From Octopus vulgaris (lineage: Eukaryota), in NCBI GenBank assembly GCA_951406725.2, contig OX597821.1:91512001-91576000 (forward strand): a stretch of DNA of 64,000 nucleotides, written 5' to 3'. The translations under genes were made by a program, and so were the position numbers. The notes below the pieces were generated by a model. The model was given only the letters and a program-made list of their open reading frames with translations, was not told where the DNA came from and did no database searches. The first letter of the stretch is position 1; every line of letters begins with the position of its first letter. Below, piece after piece: positions 1 through 14,059 of this stretch.

Positions 1-1325
1 TGATGCATACCCCAAATTTATTTCATTTTATTTTAGGATGTCACGCAGCGTATTGTTATGGTTACGATGACTTACACACGTTTCCCTTCTCATAGTATAA
101 GCAGTTGAATTCAGTTAGTTGTTTATTGGTTCAGGTTCAGTAAGAAGTGAGGGGAGGTTGTTTTAAATCTGAAATCTGATTTGTTTGTAAACTTGTCTGG
201 TTGACCTTGGCTTTACACCAGTTCTTGGCCGAAGTCAGGATTCTATCTAATTAGGTCAAAGTTTGCAAAACTCTTTTGGCAGGCTTCTTTGGGAATTGAA
301 GTAGATGGGTACTAAATAAGGTTACTTTCGGGTATAGTTCTTGTAATGCATTTTATTTTGGGATGGTTCAGTTCCATGTTATGTTCTTAGTTATTCAGAT
401 ATGTTTGTGGCTGTGGTATTTATTATACAGGACAGTGGAAATGAAAAGCAATATATATTACGTTAGTTTAGAAAAAGGTCATGTATTTGGGGAGTCCGGG
501 ACGTGCTTGTATCGCTTCTTTCCCACCTATCTGTGTGTGGGATATTGATTTATCTAGAACGTGTTTTAAATTTCTTACAGGTTTTGGTATGTTTATGTAA
601 GCATCTTAAGGCCTGTTTCAGCCTTCTATTAAGTAGTTTGTGTCTTGACGTAAAGATTTGATATATTTCTTCTACACATAACTCACATGTATTTCCCCCT
701 GTTCCACACAGCTTAGCCGTATGAATTACATCCCAACCTGTGGTAAAGCTATGGTTCCTATCTTTAAAGTACCAGATTAATCTACATAAGCTCATGTTGT
801 CCATCTTATTTCTATCCCTAAATGAATTTAAATGATTTTCAAGAATATGTTTTTGTTCTTTTTAAATTAAGCGAGCTGGCCTCTATTGAGAAGTACGTCC
901 TTCCCCCAGCTATGAACTTACATCGATATACAAGGTTTTGCATTAAACATCTAAGGTTTAAGGGGCATACTTTATTGCTAACACAATAACATATACTTAA
1001 TTCCTTGTTCTTATTATCTATTGTGCTGTAATTCTTGCTACATGTCTCTGCTGCCATCATTCCTATCGATCTCATAGTTTTCCTAAGCTTTCTATCCATA
1101 GGTGTTTGGGAGCTGCTATTTTTAGCAATTTCTCCGCTCTGTCTTGTGGAGGTAGAGGCTTGTGTTGGAATTGTCTTCCTTCGATCCCTGCTGTATTATT
1201 ATCATCCACTACATTGCGAAATAGGAATAACATTTAGTGGAAACCTATATAGGTCGTCATAACCATAAAAATATGCTGTTTGGCATTGTTAAATAAAAGG
1301 AAATGAATTTTGAGGATGCACCAGT
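1..1325 (-). mobile_element. Penelope-like element fragment (Naiad-type GIY-YIG endonuclease region) with inverted terminal-repeat copy
   Basis: Broken minus-strand frames 550-1099 read CYCVSNKVCPLNLRC-LVYRC...SLCRLIW...CELCVEE...LLNRR...CLH (CxC-x5-C-x5-C linker, GIY-YIG, CxxC...CxH). 1-90 is a diverged inverted copy of ~1238-1323. Confidence 0.8.
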
Positions 1326-1389
1326 CTCGATATTCTCTATCGTTATAATTATTGCGTATATATAGCATGCCTTGTGCTTATATATATAC

Positions 1390-1430
<41 letters not shown>

Positions 1431-1432
<2 letters not shown>

Positions 1433-2848
1433 GAAATTAATGAAAATCAGAAGAACGCAGATTTGCACATTCACATTTTATTATACAACAATTGACATCA
1501 TTCTTCACTTGGATCTATGCATGTTTCGGCTGCAACCACTGCACAGTGTTGTGTGCAACTTTGCGTTAACTGTCGGTGCATCTTCCTCTAAGGTCTGTCA
1601 TTCACTGTCCTTTAAAAGACCATCTGAAGATGTCTATGAGACTCACCGAATAGGGGTATCCAGAATGTAAAAATCAGAATAGTGTAAATAACCAAGTAAA
1701 AATAGGGGATAATGGAGGAATAGGTAGAGGGAATAATTACGATTATGCAAAACGAAAATTATGCCAATTAAAACTGAATTGCAAAATGAAAGATATGGTT
1801 TATATGTGCAAATCCGTTTCAGAAGGAGAGATATATTTCTACATGGATACTAGCTCTAGTTTTATAAAACGTAGAGTAGCTAATCACGAACTACCGTTTA
1901 GGAACAAAAATAAGAAGAATGATATGAGTTTAAGTAAATTAATTTGGTTGCTAAAAGATAATAATAAAACATACACAGTTACCTGGGAGATAATTAGTAG
2001 CGCTAAATTGTATTGTAGAGAAAGCAAATACTGTGAATCATGTGCTGAGGAAATATACCAAATTTTTACGTCAAAATTTAATCTGATAAACCATAAGCAA
2101 GAACGCACTTAAGATTTGTTCCTGCATCTAAATATACGTCTAAGAAATTTAAGTAAATGCAGCACACAGAATACAAGAAGTTTAATGAGAATTAAGTAAA
2201 TTAAAAAACAAATAATGAACTTGAACTAAGTGAATACCTCTACAAAAATGAGCTAAATTAAATTTGTTTTAAAGTGTTGAAGAGTAAGATTACGTTTAAT
2301 AAGATTAACTATAAGTAGGATATTTAATTTAATATAATATAACTTGGAAAACAACAAAATTCATAGACCAATAGATTAATAATTATATAAAAATAGAGAA
2401 AGAATAAACCAAAAACATAATTGAATACCTAAAAAAATAAGAATACTCTTCTAATTTAGTAGAATGATAAGCTGGACTATAGTACTAAGGAACGCACAGG
2501 AACCATGACCCATTTTAAGACCAAATCCAGCAATAAGATACCTAACTGGCTGAAGTAATCTTCAGATCATAAGGCGATACAACAATTTATAGTAACTTCA
2601 TCGCCTCCTAAAGGACTCCTATTCAGTCAGTCTCATATTTTTCTTCGGATGATCTTTGGACTACAGTAAACAATGGACCCTGAAGATGCTGCACTGACAA
2701 TTAACATCGAGATGCACACTTAACAATATTCAGTGGTTGCAGCTGAAATGTGCATTGGTCCGAATGAAGAATGATATGTAAATTATTTCTGTATAATAAA
2801 ATATAGATGTGCAAATCCCCATTCTCCTTATCTTCATTGATTTCATTA
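1431..2848 (+). mobile_element. Penelope-like element fragment (Naiad-type GIY-YIG) flanked by inverted pLTR-like repeats
   Basis: ORF 1786-2112 reads MVYMC...YFYMDTSS...KRRVANH...LSKLIW...CESCAEE...LINH. 1431-1630 is a diverged reverse complement of 2641-2848. Confidence 0.85.
2675..2761 (+). ncRNA. Type I hammerhead ribozyme motif in PLE pLTR
   Basis: GGACC-CTGAAGA-(t)GCTGCA...TGCAGC(t)-GAAA-TGTGCA-TT-GGTCC: 5-bp stem I, full core, long stem II region, near-palindromic stem III. Confidence 0.8.
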
Positions 2849-2855
2849 TTTTCTG

Positions 2856-3784
2856 TATGGAAACAATGCAGCCCTAATTGCTTTCTTCCAAAGAATGGGC
2901 TTGAGGATTACGATAGATTCTAACCTTAAATGTGTAGATTTCTTAGATATAAATTTAGATTTAGAGTCAGATAAATTCAAACCTTACCGTAAGCCTAATG
3001 ATAAGCTATCTTATATTAGCAAAGAATCTAATCATCCACCCGTAATTCTTAGGAACTTAGTCAGTAATATAGGTAGACGAATATCGTCAATTGCTTTGGA
3101 TGAGACAGCATTTCAAAATGCTTCTTTTATTTTTATTTTTCCCTCCCTACGTTTAAGATATATTTCCCATCTCTCTTGTCATACACCAAGAGATTTTTAT
3201 GCGTGTGCATGGTTGCATGCATATATATATATGTGTATTTGTGCGTATATTTATGTCTTACATATATATGCCCGTGTATGTAGCTATGTGAATGCATCTG
3301 TGTATTTTGATGTATATATGTATATTATAGATGTTCTAGTATGGGTATATACTGTTGTAAAATATTTATGTAATGCAGCGTGAAAATTTTAACTTTAATT
3401 TTAATGTAATAATTGATCTATATTTCGTATATAATTATTTACAAGATGTATTTTGAATCTACTCTTTGATTTAAGGTTTTCTTCGATTTTACAATAGGAT
3501 GAATTTATATTGAATTCATTTATTTTGTTTATTGCACGCTTAAGACCGTTAATTGAAACGATCAATGAAACAAATCCCTTTTTAAAGGTGAGATGTAACA
3601 TTCAACTAGTTTTGATTATATAGTTATTTTTGTTCCATTTTAACAAAACTGCCCGACAAACGAGAACGTGAAACTCTGAGTAACAGCTTTTGTTATGTTT
3701 CTGCTGCTTTTGAGCATATTACTTTACGTCTGGTATTTGAGTACTCTTATTTTCTACCTTGTTTCGCATTTATGTGCTTACTTC

Positions 3785-3790
<6 letters not shown>
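2856..3790 (+). mobile_element. Internally deleted PLE: RT fragment plus 3' pLTR-like tail
   Basis: GLRITIDSNLKCVDFLDINLDL...PYRKPNDKLSYISKESNHPP...RRISS is a PLE RT C-terminal region. The tail has a degenerate hammerhead at 3649-3686 and ends at a (TA)n array. Confidence 0.8.
3649..3686 (+). ncRNA. Degenerate minimal hammerhead motif
   Basis: ctgc-CCGACAA-ACG agaa CGT-GAAA-CTCTGAG-TA-acag: two core substitutions versus CUGANGA; stems II and III intact. Confidence 0.55.
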
Positions 3791-3848
<58 letters not shown>

Positions 3849-3955
3849 ATACATACATACATATATGGCTTGTCTGGGACAGCAGTCGCTGTCCCAAGCT
3901 GCAATGCAGTAGATCTGAACCTAGAACCAAGTAGTTGGAAAGCAAGCTTCATACC

Positions 3956-4181
3956 TATTTCTTTACTACTCACAAGGGGCTAAACACAGAGGGGACAAAC
4001 AAGGACAGACATAGGTATTAAGTCGATTATATCAACCCCAGTGCGGAACTGGTACTTATTTAATCGACCCCGAAAGGATGAAAGGTAAAGTCGACCTCAG
4101 CGGAATTTGAACTCAGAACGTAACGGGAGACGAAATACGGCTACGCATTTCACCCGGCGTGCTAACGTTTCTGCCAGCTCG
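3956..4181 (-). mobile_element. tRNA-type SINE (family A) nested in a family B relic
   Basis: Family A body (GAGTTCAAATTCC B box; cctttcatcctttcggggtcgat core). AAGCAAGCTTCATACC is duplicated at 3940-3955 and 4194-4209. Confidence 0.85.
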
Positions 4182-5035
4182 TATGATGATATGAAGCAAG
4201 CTTCATACCATCATACCACACACCCATGCCTGCAACTCTGTGTGTGTATGTATATGCATACATGCATATATATATATATCTGTTTTATTTTCAAACACAC
4301 TGCTTCCACACGGGAAATTTTCTCTCAACAAATACTGCTGTAACTCCACTTTTGATGATGTAATTTATATTAAATATGATACACACGTAGTTATACTTAA
4401 TACTGCTTCCATTGCATGTAATGGATTTGTACTCAGCCAAGCAGTCATTCACAATACCTGTAAATGTCTTAGTTACTGTTTCAACAAATCTCATCTAAGC
4501 AGAAAGCTAGCTATGAATATATGGCCATCAATAAGGCCCAACTAAGTTCAAATGCATCTGGTGTTCTTGCTAGCTATCCCGTGTGTGGAAAGCATGGGCA
4601 CATTGAAGAGAATTTAGTGACAGATGGAAGAATGAAAGAAGTGAGAGTAACAGAATGAAGTTTGTTTATTAACGAGTGACAGAAGAAGGATAAGAATTGA
4701 TAGACAGCAATATCAGTAGTTAATGATGGTAAAGGAGAATGTGTGAGTGATAGATAGTGTGGTTAATATATAAAAAAGGGGATAGAATGGTGGCTGGCAG
4801 TAAAAAGTGTGATGTTAGAGAAAGTGACAGTTAGCAGTAATAAAGAATGATAGGTGAAGAATATGGGCATATTTACTGCCATTCCTTGTTACATAGGCAA
4901 CATGGATTAAAAGTAAAAGGGGAGAAGTGTGATAGACGAGAGGCTACAGATATGGGCAATGGAAAGATAAGTAACAGACATATAATGGTTGAGAGACAAT
5001 ATATATTTGTGTGGGTATGGATGGATGTATATATG

Positions 5036-5087
<52 letters not shown>

Positions 5088-5111
5088 TACACATATATAC
5101 ATATATGTGTG

Positions 5112-5183
<72 letters not shown>

Positions 5184-6540
5184 TATAGATATATATATAT
5201 ACATATATATATACGTATATAAAAGAAATGAAAAATGCACACTTATATTTATATATATATATGTATGTATGTATATATGTTTTGGGGTTTATTTAAATTC
5301 TTCTTGAGAGAATTCTGTGTTTTTAAATATGTCGCTGAGATGGTGTGTTGGTTGAGCTATCAATGTACACACTGAAGCATGTGCTTCTGTTCATCTAAAG
5401 AACCTCAAATGGAAAATCTTTGGAATGTCTTACAAATCCTAAGCGTGTGGCTAACAAACTGGATTTGGAGAATTCACGCCAGTTTCTTCAAAAACAAAAC
5501 TAATATTTCTATGTTTTGTGCCACAAGGTATATTCAACTAGGAAAAGTATGCATACTGCAAGAATATGCCCTGTGTATATTTGTATGTGTATACACATAT
5601 GAGTGTATGTGCATGCACGTGTGTGGCACACAAACAAGTGTGTGAGTATGTTTGTGGGCAAAAATATAAAGACTTCAATATTTACCAGTAGTGTTTTAGG
5701 TCAATGGGCTGGAATAATTGTTAGCATGCCTGGCAAAATGTTTAGTGGCATTTTGTCTGTCTTCACTTTCTGAGTTCAAATTTGCCTTTCATCCTTTTGG
5801 GCTCAATAAAATAAGTACCAGTTGAACACTGGGGCTGATGTAATCAACTTATCTCCTCCCAAAAATGGTTGGCCTTGGGTCAAAATTTCAAATTAATATT
5901 TAACACTTGTGTTATGTTGCTAGGTGTACAGAAAATAAGTTAGAGATATTTGATCTAGATAAATGTGACTGACAGCTAGGCAAGTAGTGGCACCTGGAAT
6001 TCAAATTCAGAGAAGCAAATAAACATTGTGAACTGGCAAATTTTGGGCGAGAACAACAATAAATTATTAGCCAGTAAGTTAAACATCTTGTTTCTGTACA
6101 TCTATATTAAAACACAGCTGCTGGTGGTGAGATAAATAATTAATTACAAAAATAATCAAGAAATGAATTACAGTCTGTGTAAGTTTAAATAGGAATACTG
6201 AAGGACAGTTATATGTATGAGAGTGTGAGTATATATGTCTATATATGGTATGAACGACTGTGTGTTTTTTCACAAAGATGAGAGACAGATGACCCGACAC
6301 ATATTGTATATATACACATATACGTATGTATATGTCTGTATGTGTGTGTGTGTGAGTGTGTATATGTATGTGTACGAAAGCGACGAAAATATTTTGGGAA
6401 ATTAAATTTAAAAGTTGAAGTGAATCTAATGGTTTTTTAAATGGCTTATAAACACCTTCCATGCTGTAATTGTTTTTGTTTCCGCACACGGTCTCAGATC
6501 AGGTCAATTGCTATGCAAGTACATCTCTGTAATATATATA

Positions 6541-7371
6541 TGGAAAAGAGGATGCCCTGAAACTCCCATACTCCCTTCCTTCAGGTGAAACTCTCGCGGC
6601 GTCCAACAACATCAGAGACTTGGGAGTAATTGTGGACAACAACGTAAGCTGGGCCACTCATATAAACACCAAAGTTGACATGGCCCGCAGAATGTGTTCC
6701 TGGATTCTCAGAACTTTCCAGTCGAGAGATATCCACACCATTATCCTTCTCTTCTCCACTTTTGCCCGACCCCACCTTGAATACTGTTGTCCACTGTGGT
6801 CTCCCCACACAATACCAGGTATCATAAAAGTTGAAGCACCTCAAAGGGCAATCACAAAAAAGATAGATGGCATGACAGGCCTCGACTATTGGGGTCGACT
6901 AGAAAAGCTAAAACTCTATTCTCTCCAACGTCGTCGTGAGCGCTACATCATCTGCATGATGTGGAAAATATTCCATCAGCATTGCCCAAATGATGTTGGC
7001 ATCACCTTTAAGGTACATCCAAGGCTTGGGCCCCGTGCCATCCGCCCAAAACAAAAATCGCACTCTCATCTCATAACAACAATACGGCACAATTATTTCA
7101 CCTCAATTGGCCCCGCTCTCTTTAACATTACACCAAAACACATTAAAACAGAAACTGACCCTATAGGGTTCAAGAAGTCTTTGGACAGATTCCTTCAAGA
7201 AATCCCGGATAAACCCCCTACACCCGGATATGTCTCTGTAAACAATAACTCTCTACTTGAGTGGGCCATAGTGCCCAAATTCTGACTTGAAAGACTTCAC
7301 CAGGTGGTGCTATTAAGTTAGACATGGCCTGGGCCAATAATGGCCGAAACCTATCAAAGTATCAAAGTATC

Positions 7372-7375
<4 letters not shown>
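6541..7375 (+). mobile_element. 5'-truncated CR1-group LINE (ORF2 C-terminus), young copy
   Basis: Open frame to 7285: DLGVIVD...RPHLEYCCPLWSPH...LKLYSLQRRRERY. (TATCAAAG)3 tail; flanked by TA repeats. Confidence 0.92.
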
Positions 7376-7446
<71 letters not shown>

Positions 7447-7830
7447 CACTTGAAGAAAGGGCTCCATGAAGATGATTTGCCCAATGTCCATAGATAGTAT
7501 GGACTACACCAGGAATATGGATTGTGATCTTAAGTGTCATGTGTTTGTGGAAACATAAATTCTATTCAAGGATTATTGTCATTATATATATATATGTAAA
7601 TCAGGAAAAACAATTAAACTGTGGAAAAATTAAATAAAATGTTTTTAAAATATTTCCATAGTTTTCAAATGTCAAGGGGCATTTTCCTTTTCTGTATGTC
7701 TCTGTCTCTGTTTTTTACTCATGTGAGTTCTTGGTAGTAGGTAGAAGTTATTAGTAGTCCTAATATTGGATATGAATTCTTGGTTTCGATTGTTTAAGCA
7801 GCAGTAGTAGTTGAGAAAGGGGGTGGCAAT

Positions 7831-7884
7831 GAAGAAGAAGAAGAAGAAGAAGAAGAAGAAGAAGAAGAAGAAGAAGAAGAAGAA
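7831..7884. repeat. (GAA)n microsatellite
   Basis: Seen directly. Confidence 0.95.
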
Positions 7885-8029
7885 TGCCGGAGTGGTGTGA
7901 TAGTCGTAGGGAGTTGGTGGACTCCTCTTAAATGGTCAAGTGACCTAAAATGGACCCGTTGTGGTTGTAATAGTAGTGATTGGAATTGTTCTGAATAAAT
8001 TCATGAGTTGTGACTTCTGAATATATCGT

Positions 8030-9022
8030 TTTTAATATTCACGTGGGTATTATTCTAAGGCCCTTGTAATAGTGCCATTTGTGGTGTACACATTCAGAAG
8101 GGGTTTATACTTTGTGATAAAGTATGAATTTTTGCTAATATGCTGACTACAGGATACATCGCCCCTGAATTGATAGAGGGGAAACATTCTGAAGCTGGGT
8201 TGTTTGTTATTGGCACAAATGTCAATGTGTTTGCTGAATACTATTTTTCTATATTTCTGAATTTTGATCTGAGATCTATGTAGAGCCATCCTCTGAGGTA
8301 GAATGTTTTGGTTTGGCCTATGTAATGCTTTCGACACCCAGAACAAGTTAATACATATATCAGATTCTTTGAAGAACATGTGAAATTGCTTTACACTGTA
8401 AAACGTTGACCCTATACTGCCGTTAGGTCGTCCACACTGTTTTACTGATGGCTTCAGTGTTGTTGTCGAGCATATTTGGACTTGTGTTAGGAGACTTTTC
8501 ATAGATTTGGGCTGTCTTTTGCTCTTTATGATGGTGTGCATATGGAGGATTAAATTCGTTCTGTGGTCTCTTTTTATTAGAGGAATGTTCTGGAGCATGA
8601 TGTCAAAGGCTTCATTATCAAGAAGGTTGTGTGTGGAGATGTATGGTAGGGCTTTTGGCTGTAAATCCTTCTTTAATTCGGGATGCCTGAGTTCGTGGAT
8701 GTTGAGTTTTAGGGCATGTTGAAAGCCTATATCAATTAGCGATGGTGGGTAGTACCTGGTAATGAGTGTCTCCTTTAGTTCGTGTATTAGAAGCTATAGT
8801 ACAAATCCTTTTTACTAGGTTGAAAGGGATATTCATTCTAGTGCGTATGGGGTGGCATGTGTTGAACGGTAGATATTGCTTGGATTCCGTGGGCTTATAG
8901 CATATATCTGTTTCCATTTCATTGTTAGATTTCTTTAGTTTGTTAAATATGAAACAGCATTTGTTTTTATGCATACTCATTTTCACTGAACTCCAATCTA
9001 CTTGCATTTTTTTATATTTCAT
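8030..9022 (-). mobile_element. Decayed Penelope-like element (Neptune/Poseidon-like RT C-terminus plus GIY-YIG)
   Basis: TDICYKPTESKQYLPFNTCHP..TRMNIPFNLVKRICTI; VKQCGRP; YIGQT (tacataggccaaacc) near 8310-8325; frameshifts. Confidence 0.75.
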
Positions 9023-9588
9023 CTAAATGAAGCTTTACTTGTTATTATAAGGTTTTGGGTTCCTTATAATAACAGTACTGTCACCCAGTAATTTAGCACT
9101 AATTTTCAACTCTGAATTTTAATTCGAGTATAATGTTTGTCAAGCTGTAGTTAGCATCAATTCAACATTTAGAGAGAATACCACGATAGTGCAAATTTTT
9201 TTGGATAGCTGTAGGAATAAACATTCTAATAATGAACTAAGAGAGAGGCTGAAGTTTGTTCTTTATGTTAAATGCTCAATAGCGAATGTTCTAGCACCCG
9301 CTGAGGACTTTCAGAATTTGCACAGCAAATATACCATGTCATCACAACTAAATACAAAAATTAAAACACTGGATCCATTAAACAACCTTACATTTGTTTG
9401 CTGCTTATTGCTAGAGAAAACAATGATTCATCTTTTAAATGTCTTGTGACCTATGATGGAACGGGAATGTTTATGAAATGAGAAAGAGGAAAAGGAGCAG
9501 GCTAGACAAGCATACAAAGCTAAGTCATTCACCAGAATCATTATTACAACAAAAAAATTAATGGTTACAGATTAGTGGACTTTGGAAA

Positions 9589-9990
9589 GGCACAGGAGTG
9601 GCTGTGTGGTAAATAGCTTGCTTACCAACCACATGGTTCCGGGTTCATTCCTACTGCATGGCACCTAGAGCAAGTGTCTTCTACTATAGCTTCAGGCCGA
9701 CCAAAGCCTTGTGAGTAGATTTGGTAGGCGGAAACTGAAAGAAGGCCGTCGTATATATGTATATACATGTGTGTGTGTGTGTGTTTATGTGTTTGTGTTT
9801 GTACCCCCAACATCGCTTACCAACAGATGGTGGTGTGCTTACATCCCCGTAACTTAGTGGTTCGGCAAAAGCTACTGATAGAACAAGTACTAGGCTTACA
9901 AAGAATAAGTCCTGGGGTCGATTTGGTCAACTAAAGGCGGTGCTCCAGCATGGCTACAGTCAAATGACTGAAACAAGTAAAAGAGTAAAG
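9589..9990 (+). mobile_element. tRNA-type SINE family B (~400 bp)
   Basis: TGGCTGTGTGG A box, GGTTCATTCC B box, internal (TG)n, GTAAAAGAGT tail. Confidence 0.9.
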
Positions 9991-10059
9991 TGTATCCTTT
10001 TTTTTGCAAAATTGCTGAAATAATAATATCTCTCTCATATTATCAACAAATTACAGAAA

Positions 10060-10412
10060 GATTTTGTATTTGTCAAGGGGCATGGACCAATATTGCTCAA
10101 TAACATTTCGAGAGACAACACTCTTCAGCTAATAGAGTCTTTACTTGAAGAATTGAACCACGAATTCTCACTGCATCCCTCATATTCACTTGACATTTAG
10201 CCAAGAGGTTATAACCTTTACAAGTATTTTGAGCTTTGAATCCATAACAAATATTCAATTATAACAAAATATTCAATTATAAGGAAGCCATAATTGCTGC
10301 TTTTACTCATTTTGTAAGCATTAAATTGCAGGAAATTTATAGGGATGGCACATCATCGTTAGATGGTCGTTGGAAATGTTTATGGCTTCAAATGGATTAT
10401 ATTTTGATTAGA
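10060..10412 (+). mobile_element. Decayed mariner transposase C-terminal fragment
   Basis: GPILLNN (cf. PILLHDNARPH), HPSYSLDI*P (cf. HPPYSPDLAP), YRDG...RW...SNG.YFD. Confidence 0.6.
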
Positions 10413-10503
10413 TATTTATTGCATCTTGCTATTTATATTATCCTTCATTCTGCAACTCAAAAGACTTTTCCCATGTAAATGCTTAACAGAATTAATATAC
10501 AAC

Positions 10504-10816
<313 letters not shown>

Positions 10817-11001
10817 ATACACATGTGTAAGTAGTTGTGCAAAACAGTGATGGGAAATAAGCAAGCTTTAGGTCCATTCAAATATTTTTCAGACATATTT
10901 CAGCTTCTAATGATTTTTTCACTGCAGTTTATTGTGAAAAAATTCTCACACCAGGTAAAATGGCATAAGAACACCATTGTCAGTTTCAAACACTTTCCAT
11001 G

Positions 11002-11064
<63 letters not shown>

Positions 11065-11150
11065 GCATTTCTAGCTTGTTACCTAATTTCTATACTAAAT
11101 ACCGAGGGAGGAACTATGAGCTTAATGAAATGTGTGTATATATACATATA

Positions 11151-11561
11151 GGCGCAAGAGTGGCTGTGTGGTAAGTAGCTTGTTTACCAACCACATGGTT
11201 CCGGGTTCAGTCCCCCTGCATGGCACCATGGGCAAGTGTCTTCTACTATAGCCCCGGGCCGACCAATGCCTTGTGAGTGGATTTGGTAGACGGAAACTGA
11301 AAGAAGACCGTCGTATATATGTATATATATGTATGTGTGTGTTTGTGCGTCTGTGTTTGTCCCCCTAGTATTGCTTGACAACCGATGCTGGTGTGTTTAC
11401 ATCCCCGTTACTTAGCGGTTCGGCAAAAGAGACCGATAGAATAAGTACTGGGCTTACAAAGAATAAGTCCCGGGGTCGAGTTGCTCGATTAAAGGCGGTG
11501 CTCCAGCATGGCCGCAGTCATATGACTGAAACAAGTAAAAGAGTAAAAAAGAGTAAAAGAG

Positions 11562-11562
<1 letters not shown>
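11151..11562 (+). mobile_element. SINE family B
   Basis: Full-length copy matching 9589, 15455 and 23527. Confidence 0.92.
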
Positions 11563-11618
<56 letters not shown>

Positions 11619-11746
11619 AAAAAAATACAAACTGGGACAAGAACGAAACACTTTTAGAAGACGATACAAAAAAAACACGGACGGGACATTCGAAGCCTTC
11701 AATCTTCAGTCAAGAACAGGATCATCCTCGCAATTTCGGCTGATTA

Positions 11747-11833
<87 letters not shown>

Positions 11834-12060
11834 GCACACAATATAATGTAATATAATATAAAAAGTAGGCTGCAATGTCTTCACCAAAAAGAGAGAATTA
11901 TAATTCTCACTAAACATGACTAAGTGTTAAGAAAGACCCACATTGCTAGAAATACGAGCTAAAATGCTCTAATGTTGTAGTTAACTCACATGGAGGAAAA
12001 CATATACACTAACAGGGACCTGAATCGTTCAAAAAATGCCGATCGAGAATTCTAAATAAT

Positions 12061-12095
12061 GATGTCAGTTTCGGCAATTTCTGTTGCCTCATCAT
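12061..12095 (-). ncRNA. Truncated hammerhead motif
   Basis: Minus strand (a)TGATGA-GGCAA cagaaa TTGCC-GAAAC-tgac-ATC. C3 and the 5' strand of stem I are replaced by the tail of the adjacent SINE. Confidence 0.55.
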
Positions 12096-12349
12096 AAATA
12101 AATGCGCCCTTTTAAAGCCTAGCCAGGCTCATGGACCCGGTTTCCCGGTTTCAATGGCGTATGTGTTCCCCCATTTGACGGGACGCCGGTCCATCGCAGC
12201 TTTACTCATTTTTGCCAGCTGAGTGGACTGGAGCAACGTCAAATGAGGTGTTTTGCTCAACAACACAACGCGTCGCCCGGTTCAAGAATCGAAACCACAC
12301 TCTTACGATCATGACGCTGAAACCCTAACCACTAAGCCACGCGCCTCCA
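12096..12349 (-). mobile_element. tRNA-type SINE family C
   Basis: GGAGGCGCGTGGCTTAGTGGTTAG head, GTTTCGATTC B box, ttgagcaaaacac...gttgctccagtccactcagctg body. Confidence 0.85.
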
Positions 12350-12362
12350 CACACACACACAC

Positions 12363-13571
<1,209 letters not shown>

Positions 13572-13639
13572 GATTGAAATCCAGAAAATTAAGCTTAACC
13601 AACTTGTCTTGTAATGTAATGTACGTTTGCGAGAGTAAT

Positions 13640-13792
13640 TGAGAGTTTAGTATTAGTTAACGCCGATGAGAGAACGTTTGTCAATTTTCTAACAAGTGTT
13701 ATAAAATATACTCAAACCTTTTGAAAATAAAGTTTTGATTATTGTTAAACACTCAACAAATTTTACATGAAACTCAAAGTTTATTTGTAGGT
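13640..13792 (+). repeat. pLTR-like ~150-bp repeat, second copy at 15958-16105
   Basis: gagtttag..ttagttaacgc(c/t)gatgagagaacg...aagtttatttgtaggt is present twice and contains an internal hairpin. Confidence 0.75.
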
Positions 13793-13971
13793 GAGAACAT
13801 TTATATATGTCGTTGCACATTCCCAAGTTTCAAAATTCATCAACAAAATCCTTTAGTATAAACTTTTACTTATATAGATTTTTCACTTCTACATGTTCTT
13901 TTTAGTGACTGTTACATCAGTGAGTTTTCGCTTATCTGGTATGAAAAAGTCTGTGTGGAGTGGATATGTGT

Positions 13972-14018
<47 letters not shown>

Positions 14019-14059
14019 CGTGTATATGCAGGAGTGTTCTTATATGGGAATGTAATAGT

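Noticed and set aside
550-2140. Selenocysteine recoding, as reported for some Naiad PLEs
   Set aside because: No in-frame TGA seen at conserved Cys positions in these fragments or in 43057-43490, and no SECIS could be identified by eye.
3877-3898. Perfect 9-bp hairpin tgggacagc-agtc-gctgtccca
   Set aside because: Short local inversion inside a SINE relic, with no functional context.
11151-11562. Recurrent ORFs ending CHAVGLNPEPCGW, and tRNA-like heads
   Set aside because: Antisense translations of SINE family B; the A/B boxes belong to SINE heads, not tRNA genes.
11620-11745. Minus-strand CTGAAGA...CGAAT as a hammerhead
   Set aside because: No GAAA in register and no convincing stem I or III; probably a repeat fragment.
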